Source of the DNA: Octopus sinensis
Taxonomy: Eukaryota
Direction of reading: 5' to 3'
Assembly: GCF_006345805.1 (NCBI RefSeq)
Contig: NC_042998.1
Span: 94,116,001-94,180,000 of the forward strand
DNA: 64,000 bases
Part shown: positions 25,176 through 38,120 of the stretch, piece after piece
Position numbering within the stretch: the stretch's first letter is position 1
How the letters are laid out: every line of letters starts with the position of its first letter
Position numbers and translations under genes: made by a program
Notes under the pieces: model-generated
Databases searched by the model: none
What the model was told of the DNA's origin: nothing
What the model saw: the letters and a program-made list of their open reading frames with translations, nothing else

Positions 25176-25530
25176 AGAGTTTACGAAAAAAACAAAAGAC
25201 GAAGACAGGTGGTGTACAAAACAAACAGATGTATTAGTATAATGCTCAGGAATAGAAAAAGTCTTTTATGTTTCGAGCCTACGCTCTTCTACAGAAAGGG
25301 ACACAGAAAAAACAAGGAGAGAAAAAAAATGTGTGTAGTGGCTAACGATCTATTATGGTGATATATATATATATAATTAATAATATCAGGGTAAGAAAAA
25401 ATTTTAGAAATTTTGACTACCAGTGGCCTAGCGTGTAGAAAAATTAGTCAATAGACTATATATTACTTCACCTAGCAAATTATTTTATTTGCTAATTTAA
25501 AGTCAAAAGCCATGGTCTAGGAAATAGATG
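25175..25530 (-). mobile_element. PLE-like short repeat with variant hammerhead motif
   Basis: Minus strand reads CTTT-CTGTAGA-A-GAGC/GCTC-GAAA-CATA-AAAG (25298..25263). The outer boundaries are approximate. Confidence 0.5.
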
Positions 25531-25761
25531 GTAAATGTTTTTATTTTTCATTCCCTTCAAAATTTATACCTAATAGTGGTTTCGATTTTTGCTATTCCTT
25601 CTAGCGTGCCAGATATCCTATGAGTGATACCTCTTATGTGTTTAAATATACACTGTATTTATATATATATATGTATATGTATATATATATAGTCAGCAGG
25701 AAATGGCTAAAATTTGGTGTTTATAACTATACCATGTTATATATATATATGTCTATATATA

Positions 25762-27031
25762 CGAGGGGTGTTCAATAAGTAATGCGCCTGACCCACTTGC
25801 AGTTGTTTGATCTAGCTGAAATTTTACATGTGCACTTATTCATACCTCTATAGAATAAGTGGCGCATTACAGCTCTGAACTAATTGTGGTTTCTGATTTA
25901 CAGGTGTTTGAACTGAGTCAAGTGGGAAATGGAGCCTGTTGAGTATCGAGCAGTGATCTGGTTTTTGTATTTGAAAGGACGCACACCACGGGAGACTTTT
26001 GATGAAATGAAAGTAACTTATGGTGATGATGCCCCATCATATGACCTTGTAAAACGCTGGCATTGTGAATTGAAACATAGTCGGAACTCTGTGGAAACAG
26101 CTCCCAGATCTGGTCGCCCCCTTCTGCCGTTGATGAGACGTCTGTCCGTCAAGTTGAGGCTGCCATTTTGGAAGGTCAACGCATAACTATTCGCCAAATA
26201 GCCCATAAGGTCAAGATTAGTACCGGGTCTGTGGAAACTATCATTCATGACCATTTGCATATGCAAAATGTGTCTGCCAGATGGATTTCCATGTTGCTCA
26301 CACCTTTCCAGAAGCAAGAACGCATTGAGTGCTCGAGGATGAATTTGGAGATGTGCCAAGAAGATGAGTCAAAATTTTTCAAAAGACTGATCACACAGGA
26401 TAAAACCTGGGTCCATCACTATGATCCATAGACCAAAGCCCAGTCAATGAAGTGAAAACACCGTGACTCACCTCCTCCAAAGAAGGCAAGGGTGCAACCC
26501 TCCACTGACAAGGTTATGCTCACAGTCTTCTGGGACCAGGATGGAGTAGTGATGACAGATTTCCTGGCAAAGGGTACCACAATTACAGGAGCCTATTATG
26601 CTTCACTTTTGAGGAAATTAAGAGAAGCTATCAAAATCAAGAGGCGGGGCAAGATCAGCAAAGGCCTCCTCCTCCTGCAGGACAACGCTCCCGTCCACAA
26701 CTCGCGTGTCGCCAGATCAGAAGCACAGGTGTGCAGCTATGAACTCCTCCCCTTGCACCCTCTGATTTTCACCTCTTCCCAGCCATGAAGTTGATTTTGA
26801 AAGGAAAGCGTTTCCCAGATGATGCAGCCTTGATTTCTGAAGTCACGTCGTGGTTGGAGGACCAAGCTGGGGTCTTCTACAAAAACGGTCTCCAGAGCTG
26901 TATCAAACGATGGGAGAAATGCATAACTCTGGGTAGTTCCTATGTAGGAAAAGACTAATAACTGTGCCAAGTGTCGTTGCTCTACTGCAATGGGAAGTGG
27001 GTCAGGGGCATTACTTATTGAACGCCCCTCG
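25762..27031 (+). mobile_element. Near full-length mariner (DD34D-type) transposon, non-functional
   Basis: TIRs CGAGGGG(T/C)GTTCAATAAGTAATGC(G/C)CCTGACCCACTT, flanked by TA on both sides within (TA)n; 1270 bp. Confidence 0.95.
25929..26958 (+). pseudogene. Mariner transposase pseudogene
   Basis: HTH-like MEPVEYRAVIWFLYLKG...SYDLVKRWHCELK, then ITQDKTWVHHYDP, KVMLTVFWD and LLQDNAPVH. It has frameshifts, stops and a deletion in the YSPDLAP motif (~26750). Confidence 0.92.
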
Positions 27032-28039
27032 TATATATATATATATTATTATATCATACCTTGATATTGTGTGGACTAAGATCCCCATTGACATGCCACT
27101 CATTTTTATAGACTGTTAAATACTTTTGGTATGCAAATTAGGGACTCCTTCATAGAGTAACTGCTGCATTTGTTGAGTATACAAGCAGTTTGGCTGCTTC
27201 TTTCTCTGGAGACTGTCAGAATAATGTAGACACCACTAATGAGAGCCCAATAACGTTTGAAAATCGATTAAGGTTATTCATTGTTTTTTTTTCAGTCTGT
27301 GAAGAAACGGCTAAAATTTACTCTGTTAAGCATGTAAGAAGTACCGGTATACTCTCTAAAGTGGTTGGCATTAGTAAGGACATACAGCTGTAGAAATTGA
27401 GCCAAAACAGACTATGGAACTTGCTGCAGACCCTGGCCTTGCCATTTCCTGTCAAGCTATCCAACCCATGCCCACATGGAAAATGGATGTTAAATGATGA
27501 TGATGATATATGTAAACATATGCACACGCACGCACACACACACACACATTATGTACTGTTTTATTATTCATGGGATCAACAAAAGATGTACTCTATCCAG
27601 TGAGAGATAAATATTTAATATAAACAGGATTCAAATTTGAGCTACATTAGTTTCACGTTGTGAAAACACAACTGATGGGCAGTCTGATTTGAATAAGGTA
27701 CACAGCTCTTAATTTTCATTTTTCGTTTTTCTCATTCCACTTTTTTCTTTTAGCCTTTTCTCATGCTTTCTCATGTTTTCTCAAAGACCAGCATCCTTTC
27801 TCATTTCTTTTTATCAAAGACCTGTGCCCTTTCATGTTCTTTCTGCTTTTTTTTTTTTTTCAAAAGATACAAGCTATGTTGCTTATTTGAGTCTGGGAGA
27901 TTGCTTAGAAACACATGGCATGCTATACAAGCTTGGCTGACAATTGTTTTCACAGCATGAAACTCAAATTTTAATCCAGTATATATATATATATATATAT
28001 ATATAGTTTGAGAGGCAGAAACTGAAAGAAGCTTGTTGT

Positions 28040-28315
28040 CATCATCATCGTTTAACGTCCGTTTTCCATGCTAGCATGGGTTGGATGGTTCAACCGGGGT
28101 CTGGGAAGCCAGGAGGCTGCACCAGGCTCCAGTCTGATCTGGCAGTGTTTCTACTGCTGGATGCCCTTCCTAACGCCAACCACTCCGTGAGTGTAGTGGG
28201 TGCTTTTTACGTGCCACCAGCACAGGTGCCAGGGGAGGCTGGTAACGGCCATGATCGGTTGGTGCTTTTTACGTACCATCGGCACGGAAGCCAGTCAAGG
28301 CAGCACTGGCACACA
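28040..28315 (-). mobile_element. RTE 3' UTR fragment
   Basis: Near-identical to the 60050-60290 tail. Similar fragments lie at 24765-24900, 27340-27505, 30830-31110, 34110-34405, 36580-36800, 38710-39030, 39722-39905, 52445-52618, 61600-61795 and 63590-63890. Confidence 0.9.
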
Positions 28316-28938
28316 GTCATAAGGTTACATTAAGAATCAAGGTATGACACCAGGAAATGTTTAGGTATAATTACATAGAGCTGACAATGAAATAATACAA
28401 GATTGTATACATCAAATACTGATAAGATACTGTATTTATGTAAATACCAAATACAATTAATAACCAATGATCTAACTCATCTGTAGATCTTTACTGGAGC
28501 ATAAGTATAAAACAGTAACACACAAATGGATCATAAATTAGATTTGTTTTATTGTATTTTTTTATGATTTTCTATGTTTGTTAATAGCTTATTTAGACCA
28601 CACCCACTTTCCCTTCTATGAATTGGTATGTTCAACTTGAAAACACTACCTAAGTTAAGTAGGCTGTGCTCCTGACTGACTGTTTAAATCATACCTGATG
28701 GTAGTGGGATTGCATAACGTTATGTAATCTTTTAAGACTACATTGAATAAAGTTTTACCAAAACAGGTGTTGCCAATTTAGATGCCATTTGTATGTTACT
28801 GTTTTATACTTATATCACACCAAAGAACTATCAGTGAGTTGGATCATTGGTTATTAATTGAATTTGGTATTTATGTGACAACAGTATCCTGTCAGCATTT
28901 GCTGTTTACAATGTTGTATTATTTCATTGTCTTCCTTA

Positions 28939-29013
<75 letters not shown>

Positions 29014-29018
29014 GTATA

Positions 29019-29052
<34 letters not shown>

Positions 29053-29084
29053 AATATATATGTTTGTATGTATGTACCTATGTA

Positions 29085-29317
29085 TTTTCTTTTATTTTTT
29101 CCTTGTTTCAGGCATTTGAGTGTGGCCATGCTGGAGCACCACCTTTTTAGTCGAACAAATCAACCCCAGGATTTATTCTTGGTAAGCCTTCAACTTATTT
29201 AATTGGTCTCTTTCACTGAACCGCTAAGTTACATGGATGTAAACACACCAACATCAGTTGTCAAGTGATGGTGGGAGGACAAACATAGACACATAAATAC
29301 ACACACACACATATATA

Positions 29318-29350
<33 letters not shown>

Positions 29351-29505
29351 GACAGGCATCTTTTAGTTTCCATCTACCAAATCTACTCACAAGTTCTTGG
29401 TTGGTCCAAGGCTATAGTAGAAGACACTTGCCCAAGATGCCACGCAGTGGGACTGAACCCAAAACCATGTGGTAGGAATCAAGCTTCTAACTGCATAGCC
29501 ACTCT
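29085..29505 (-). mobile_element. SINE family A
   Basis: Reverse complement of the 8564-type head and 3' body. Confidence 0.85.
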
Positions 29506-29612
29506 TGTGCCTATGTATGTGTATATATATGTATGTATATATATTTTAGGAAGTAGATTGTTATGGCTGGTCAGAGAGTGACTGTTAGTTTTGCACTTAT
29601 AAAGTACTAAGT

Positions 29613-29694
29613 TGCATAGGTAACTTATCAGACTCAAATAGCCAAAGGAGGTTAGGTGTCATCAGCCATTTGAGTCTGACAAGTCACCTATACA
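29613..29694. repeat. 30-bp inverted repeat with 22-nt loop
   Basis: 29613-29642 vs 29665-29694, 4 transition mismatches. Confidence 0.9.
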
Positions 29695-29769
29695 GCTAAA
29701 CGCTACATTTGTCCAAAATCAATGGTCACTCTCTGACCAACCATAGCAATTAATTTTCTAAAAAAATAT

Positions 29770-30170
29770 GTGGCTGTGTGGTAAGTAGCTTGCTTACCAA
29801 CTACATGGGTCCAGGTTCCATCCCACTGTATGGCACCTTGGGCAAGCATCTTCTACTATTGCCTCAGACCGATATATATATATTAGGCTTGTTTCAGTTT
29901 CCATCTACGAAATCTACTCACAAGGTTTATATATATATATATAATGTATATGTTTGTGTGTCTGTGTTTGTTCCCCCACCATTACTTGACAACTGATGTT
30001 GGTGTGTTTATGTGCCCCATAACTTAGTGGTTCAGTAAAAGAGACCGATAGAATAAGTACTGAGCTTACAAAGAATAAGTTTTAGGGACGATTTGTTTGA
30101 CTAAAGGTGGTGCTCCAGCATGGCCATTGTCAAACGATTGAAACAAATGAAAGAGTACAAGAATAAAAGA
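29770..30170 (+). mobile_element. SINE family A with internal micro-inversion
   Basis: Head and body are on the plus strand, but 29872-29927 is in reverse orientation. Confidence 0.85.
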
Positions 30171-30222
30171 GTACTGCTCTAATGTTTTAGAGTGTACTTC
30201 TTTTTCAGATATGTGAACTAGT

Positions 30223-30263
<41 letters not shown>

Positions 30264-31911
30264 ATAGATGAGTGTATTTTACCTTGTTAACATTTAGAAT
30301 GGTTGATCCTCTCAATTTCGATACCATATGACAAAGGCAAGAAATTCTGTCTTCTATGCAATTCTGAGCTATTTTTCATTATTTTTTCTAAAAATACTCT
30401 AGTAAACACGGTTATAGAACGAGCATACAGATGTAAGCATTGGCAGAAACATACTTTTAGTGCATATAAGTAGTCTCTATCATTTTATATAGTTTAGACT
30501 TTAATTTCCTTTATATTTAACATTCACTATTAATATCCCTACTCTTTCTGTTAGCTACTTATGACGTTATATCATATAACGTTTTTTTAAACAATATTAA
30601 TAGCGTTCTGTCTATCGCTATACGAATCCATCATTTTTTGCTAAAATGTCGTATTGACAAGTTTTGTTTTTTCACTTTCCCGAAGAGAAGATTGCATTGT
30701 TTATACCTTTTATTCTTTTGAATAAATATCAGTGGAATTTTTGAAACATATGTAGAAAGTAAAAATTACTTGTTTAAACCTGCGTTAACTCCATTTTTTA
30801 TTCATATATATATATATATATATATGTATCATCACCATCATTGTTTAATGCCTGCTTTCCATGCTGGCATGGGTTGGACGGTTTTACTGAGGTCTGGAGT
30901 GCCAGTAGTTGCTCCAGTCTGATCTAGTGATGTTTCTACAGCTGGATGCTCTTCCTAGCACCAACCACTCTGAGAGTGCAGTGGCTGCTTTTTACATGCC
31001 CTCAGCATAGGAGCCAGTCTGGGGATACTGGCATTGGCTGTGTTTGGATGGTGATTTTTACGTGCCACCGGCACGGTAGCCAGTCAGGTGACCCTGGCAT
31101 CGATCATATTTGGATTCAATTATATGAGAATAGTGAGTTATTAAAAATAGATTGTCAATCCAAGCAAAATACTTCTCAAGGTCTCTGCTTATACAAATAC
31201 ACCAGGCTAGCAAAAGGCTTTTGGATTTGTATAGAACTCTAGGTAACCCTGAAGTGAAATCTGAGGTCAAAGTCCATTACCAGTTGTAAATCCATGGTTG
31301 CATAACCAAGTTAATATGCTTTATTTTCACAGAGTGCTAGACGAGAAAAAGCATAAGTAATGGGCTTTATACATCTGTTTATTTGTGCATTGTAGACTTA
31401 CAGGTGTTTCTGATATGCATTTTCGGTGCACTCATATATATGTATATATTGTTATATTTGGTGATGATCATATTTTTGCCAATTAAACACACATGCACTA
31501 TATACTTGATCTTCACTTCAGTTTTATTATTGTTATTATTTTAATGTCCTTTGTCTAAGTCTTTCATCACAAATCCTGTGACCCCTTCAGCAACCCTTGA
31601 TTCCATGTATCTCCTCTTGTTCTATTTAGTCCATTTTGTTTTTCTGTGGTATGTATCTTTATGTGTGTGTCTCTGTGTGTGTGTGTGATCATTTCAGCTC
31701 TTGGTTATCTTCAAGTGCATCTATAGATGAAAGGATTGAAATGAAAGTATCAGAAACTCTTGAATTAAAAAATATGTAAAAATAAAGTTACATTTCTATT
31801 TTGCATTGTGATTGTGTACTTCATATCAAAGTAATCAGCTTTGATTGAACCAGATATCTAGCTAGCTACTTATTCTTCTGTCTCCCCTCTCTCTCTCTCT
31901 CTCTCTTATAT

Positions 31912-31961
<50 letters not shown>

Positions 31962-32008
31962 TACATACATACACATATATATATATGTATGTATATATAT
32001 ATATATAT

Positions 32009-32058
<50 letters not shown>

Positions 32059-32116
32059 TATATATATATACACATATATATATATATACACATACACATA
32101 TATATATATTGGCACA

Positions 32117-32279
32117 GAGTGGCTGTGTGGTAAGTAGCTTGCTTACCAACCACATGATTCAGATTTCAGTTCACTGTGTGGCACCTTGAGCAAGTGTCTT
32201 CTACTATAGCTTCAGGCCAACCAAAGCCTTGTGAGTGGATTTGGTAGATGGAAACTGAAAGAAGCCCATTGTATATATC

Positions 32280-32315
<36 letters not shown>

Positions 32316-32505
32316 TGTTTGTCCCCAACATCGCTTCACAACCGATGCTGGTGTGTTAGCAGTTTGGCAAAAGAGACTGATAGAGTAAGTACTAGGCTCA
32401 CAAAGAATAAGTCCTGGGATTGATTTCTTCGACTAAAGGCAGTACTCCAGCATGGCTGCAGTCAAATGACTGAAACAAGAAAAAGAATAAAAAGAGTAAA
32501 AAGAG
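32117..32505 (+). mobile_element. SINE family A
   Basis: Full head and 3' body ending in (AAAAGAAT)-type repeats. Confidence 0.88.
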
Positions 32506-32894
32506 CATGTTTACATTCAAATTTTACTCATAAACATATTTGCACCAAGGGGAGCTGATTTTGGTGCAAAGCAAGTCAGAATGCCAATAGATGTTCAATA
32601 TGATAGATTTAGAATTTTTTTCTCAGTGATTCATGCTGATAAGGGTTGAGGCCCATGGACCAGAACCTGAAACCATGGTAAATGAATTTTTAAATGACAT
32701 AATTCTTAATGGTATGTTTTTTAATTGTTTAATTATTTAACCATTCGCTCATTTACTGTTGTCTCTGTAATCTTTCAGTGCTTTTGGTGGTGGATTTTGG
32801 ATTTTGACTCCTATTTTTAAACAGGTTTGATGCCTTGTGTGTCTTCAAGCTAAGTGCTAATTTTATATACATATGCATATATACACGCAGCGAG

Positions 32895-33192
32895 ACAGAT
32901 GAGTGACAACCTGGCCACTGGTGGTGGTGTAACACACCATACTAATCATATCTGTCAGGCATGTGGAAGAGAGTGTAATTCAGCAGGAGGACTTAAATGA
33001 CATGCAAAGGTACATGAAGCCCAGTTACAACTACAGCCGGTATTACCGGTAAAGGTTTTAGTTGCCAATTCTGTACAAGACATTGTAGATCTTTAGCTGG
33101 GCTAAAAAGTCACATTTGATCACAGCATCAGTAACAGTTAAGCTTCATGCAATGGCCATATTCGATAACGAGGGGGCAGCCATCATATACAT
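32895..33192 (+). mobile_element. 3' end of a second LINE family with two C2H2 zinc-finger remnants
   Basis: ICQACGRECNSAGGLK*HAKVH and FSCQFCTRHCRSLAGLKSHI*SQH, followed by a short UTR ending CATCATATACATAC. Confidence 0.6.
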
Positions 33193-33193
33193 A

Positions 33194-34048
33194 CAGGGTG
33201 GGTGGAAAGTAATTAGGCATTAGAAATTGCTTGTAGAATTTTGAGTATCGCTGAAATCATGACAAAAACTTTTTTTAAACAGATAACACTAATGGGGATT
33301 TTTTATTTTCTTATTTTTCTTATTTTTTATTTTCCAGATGGCTGGTCACTTGACTGTTCAGGAGTGAGCTAAGATATCAGCATACTATGCAGTATGGAAT
33401 TCCATTGTTTTGGTTCAGAGATGGTGGCGTGCATGGAAAGGCAAGCATGCAACACTACATCCGGAGACAGTAAAGAGTCGACATGCAAAGCTGATGGCCA
33501 CAGGCTCTATGAACGATGCAAGAAGAAGTGACTGCTCAGCCACATTCCAATCAGCAGTGAACATGGCAACAGTGCAGGAAATGTTAAATCACAGCCTACA
33601 AAAATCAGCACGTGAAGCAACTTGTCAAAGTGGACTAATAAGACACACAATACATACAGTGTTGCATGAGGAATTGAATTATGTGCAGGAGCTAAAACCT
33701 GAAGTCTGTGACTGCAGAAGTCCAGAAGTTCAGAACTCCAAGAAGTCCAGATCTCACTCTATGTGATTTTTACCTGTGGGGTTGCACAAAAGAGGTGTAC
33801 AAGACAAAACCTCGCACACTAGAGGACTTGGAGACATGGATTCAGGAGGTTCTCAATAAGCCAGACAACATCTTTCAGAAGGTTGTTCATTCGATCCTGG
33901 CTGTTTGAGGAAACTGGTTGATGCCACAGGTACTTACATTGAAATTTTCCCATGTAAAAAAGAACATGTATCATTTGTTTCAATAAATTTGTAAAAGAAT
34001 TATGGATTTTATTACCAATTTTTAATGCCTTACTTTCCACCCACTCTG
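33194..34048 (+). mobile_element. Internally deleted Tc1/mariner-superfamily element
   Basis: TIRs CAG(G/A)GTGGGTGGAAAGTAA..GGCATTA.AAATTG with TA flanks. It keeps the N-terminal HTH (VQRWWRAWKG) and the PRSPDLTLCDFYLWG motif; the catalytic middle is missing. Confidence 0.9.
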
Positions 34049-34080
<32 letters not shown>

Positions 34081-34422
34081 ATATATATATACATGAAGAT
34101 ATATAAATATCATAAAAAGCACCATCCAAAAGTGGCCGATGCCAGTGCTCCCTGACTGGCTCCCATGCTGGTGGCACATAAAAAGCACCATCCAAACATG
34201 GTAGTGGCTCCTTTGCCGGTGATACATAAAAAGAACCCACTGCAGTCTCGGAGTGGTTGGTGTCAGGAAGGGCATCAAGCTGTAGAAACATTGCCAGATC
34301 AGATTGGAGCCTGGTGCAAACTACTGGCTTGCCAGACTTCAGTCAGACTAATCAACCCATGCCAGCAAGGAAAGCGGATGTTAAACAATGATGATGATGA
34401 TGATGATATATATATATATATA

Positions 34423-34982
34423 TTGTGTCAAGTCAAAAATTTTACAATATTTTGGTAACTTATTTGCTTTATTTGTCAAGTTACAACAAAAACAATCCAG
34501 TATTTAAAGTTGAGGCCATTGTGTTGCACTGTCTGAATACACCTTTCTGCCAGTTCTTTAACCTCATGCTAATACTAGTTCTTGTTCTTCGAGGAAAAGA
34601 ACTCCTTCATTGAAGCTTCCACCTTCGCTTGGTTGACAGTGTTGTAAGCACAGGAACTTGAAAGAATTAAACTAATGTCACACCCAGCATATAGTCAAGA
34701 CCTACCCCCCTCGGATTATTACTTGTTCTGATTCAGAGCTCGCATCTGGCGCTCATGATGTTCAATGTGCTCATCAACAAAGACAAGTAGAACCTCTAAA
34801 GATGAAGCTCTTTGTCTCAAAGGACAATAAGTATCTGTGTGGGATCAAAGAACTGGCAGAAAGGTGGCTCCAGACTATGCAACATGATGGCCTCAACTTT
34901 GAATGCTGGCTTCTTTTGTTGTAACTTGATGAATAAAGCAATTAAGTTCACAAAATATGGCAAAATTTTTGACTCAACACAA
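34423..34982. mobile_element. Mariner-derived MITE built from two opposed 3' ends
   Basis: Long diverged inverted arms (at least ~140 bp) starting TTGTGT..AGTCAAAAATTTT, with TA flanks. The interior has SHPAYSQDLPPSDYYLF (mariner HPPYSPDLAPSDYHLF-like). Confidence 0.8.
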
Positions 34983-35588
34983 TATGTGTGTGTGTGTGTG
35001 TGCACGCATATGTGTGTGTGTCTGTGTGTGTGTGTGTGTGTATGCCTGTGCATGTGTTCCTATATATATGCTCATCTATCCATATTCATTTCTTTTTTCC
35101 TATCACACCTACACACTAATCCTTCTTATACGTTAGCGCGCTGGGCGAAATGCTTAGTGGTATTTCGCCTGTTGTTGAGTTCTGAGTTCAAATTCTGCCG
35201 AGGTTGACTTTGCCTTTCATCCTTTCAGGTCGATAAATAAAGTACCAGTTTCACACTGGGGTCGATGTAATCGACTTAATGCCTTTGTCTGTCCTTGTTT
35301 GTCCCCTCTTTGTTTAGCCCCTTGTGGGTAGTAAAGAAATATATATATATATATATATACATTATTTTTATTATATATTATTGTGGTTGTATACTGTCAA
35401 CTCAATGTGACAGTCCCCCCTTTGCAAATATAAGGACACAGAAAATGTGTCAAAGCTGACTGGAAACGTCGATGTTTCCTAGGGCTAAATGGCGGTGGTG
35501 TAATTCCTTTACAACCACTATATCGCTCCACCACCATTCAGGTCACTCTGAGACATTTAGAAATTCAATATTTCTAATATATATATAT

Positions 35589-35675
<87 letters not shown>

Positions 35676-35826
35676 ATATATATATATATATATCACTTTA
35701 TATATATATTTATATATATATACAAAGACCTGAGAAGATATAGAGAGAATGGAAGTGATATAGAGAGGGGAAGAGAGAAACAGAAGGACAGAGACAGAGA
35801 GTCTGTGTAAATATATATGTGATATG

Positions 35827-35869
<43 letters not shown>

Positions 35870-36808
35870 ATGCACACTCAGGGAATTGAATAGATAAAGA
35901 GGTGGAAAGAGTAGTCAGGAAAGAGATAGAGAGAGAGAGTGTGTTTGTGTGGGGTGGGTGTATAACACTGAAATGAATAACACAGACTAAGACAGAGGTT
36001 TAGCAGATAGACAGATACAATGAAGCAGTGAACAACAACACACAAAGGCAGTCTTTGAATTCACTGAACAGTTGTACAAACAGTAATGGTAAAACCAATG
36101 CTATGAAATGTCACTGAAGAGTTTGCCAAGGTGGAATAGTTGGCATACAATCAACTATAGTTAAATCATACTTCTATACTGATAGAACCAACATTTCTCC
36201 TTTCTTCTCTAACTTGTTTCAATCATTGGACTGCAGCCATGTTAGGGAACCACTCTGAAGGGTTTTAGTCAAACACATCAAGCCCGGTATTTATTTTTCT
36301 TTTTAAATCAGGTACTTATTTTATCAGTCTCTTTTTCTGAAATTGCTAATTTAAAGATATGTAAACAAACCAACACCAGTGTCAGGCTGTGGCAGCAGGG
36401 ATGAACACAAATACACTCAGACACACACATGGTGTGGAACTGGTTGATAACTGATGAAGAATTAGGGACCTTCTGTGTCTGTCTCCTGACCAGTTGTACA
36501 CTCACTATACATTGGACATTTTTAACCCTGTTGTTGTTTATTTGCAATGCATTTTTTTCATTTATATGTGTTGATGCCAGCAGCGTGGTTGATGCCAGTG
36601 CTGCTTGAATGGTCTCCATGCTGATGGCACACAAAAAGCACTTACAACACTCTCGGAGTGGCTGGCATTAGGAAGGACATCCAGCTGTAAAAACCTTGCC
36701 AGATCAGATTGGAGCCTGGTGCAGCCTCCTGGCTTGTCACTCCTCAGTCAAAGCGCCCAACCCATGGAAAGCAGATGTTAAACAATGATGATGATTATGT
36801 TGATGATT

Positions 36809-36840
<32 letters not shown>

Positions 36841-36899
36841 TATGTTTTGATGATTTCCATTTGTTGTGTTTTTTACCTTTGATTTGTATGTGTGTGTGT

Positions 36900-37013
<114 letters not shown>

Positions 37014-37823
37014 TGATGGTCTTCCACGCAGTTTCCATCTACCAAATTTATGCACAAGGCAATGGTCAGCCAAAGGCTAATGTTGAAGACACTCACCCAA
37101 AAAGTGCCTGCAGTGGGATTGAATCTAAAATCAAAGCAAGCTTCTTAACCATGCAACCATGCTTGTACCTTAGTATTTGCTAGCAAATAGAATAAAATTT
37201 TTATCTGGAAGGTCTGGGGCAGTATCATACAATCATCATCATCATCATCGTCATCATTGTCATCTTCATTAACATCACTATCATTATCATTGTTAAAGCA
37301 GTGAGCTGGCAGAATTGTACCCCACTGGCCAAAAAATGCATAGCAGCATTTCATCCACTTTTACATTCTGAGTTTAAATACCACTGAGGTTGAATTTTCC
37401 TTTCATCCTTTGAGGAACAATAAAATAAGTACCAGTTGATCACTAGGTTTGATGTAATCAACTTACTCCTCTTCTGAATCATGTCAAGTTCAAATCTGAT
37501 CAAGATCATCATTATTATTCATCCTTTCGGGGTCAATAAAATGAAGTACCAGTCAAGTACTGCAGTCACAAAATTGCTGGCCTAATGCCTAAACAATTAT
37601 CTATGTTTATATTCGAATTTAAGGAGGCAAGCTGGCAGACTCATTAACATGCCGGACAAAATGCTTTGTGATATTTCATCTGTCTTCAAATGCTGCTGAG
37701 ATTGACTTTGCCTTTCATTCTTCCGGGGTCAATAAAATAAGTACCAGCTGAACACTGGGGTCGATGTAATCAACTTATCCCCTCCCTGCTAAATGCTGAC
37801 CTTGTGCCACAATTTGAAATCAT

Positions 37824-38120
37824 TATTACCTCCGCCTTAGCGAAGGTGGAGATATTGTTTCCATTCATGTTTGTTTGTCCATGGACTAGATATCTCAAGA
37901 ACCACCAGATGGATTCAGATGAAACTTTTAGGGATGTTTGGCCTTGTGACTAGCATGAACTGATTAGATTTTAGGATGAATCCAGTACTGGACAAGGATT
38001 CTGGATTATTTTTCCTGTTTATTTACTTAATTTTTGAGAGTGGTCAATTAGTGTTCTAATTTTTGAGAGCATTCGAGTTTATTGCAGATATTTTCATTTT
38101 AAAAATCATCCCTGGTTATG
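37824..38120 (+). mobile_element. Helentron-associated non-autonomous element (HINE-like), 5' part
   Basis: Begins ATTACCTCCGCC; its body is homologous to 43400-43748. Confidence 0.55.
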
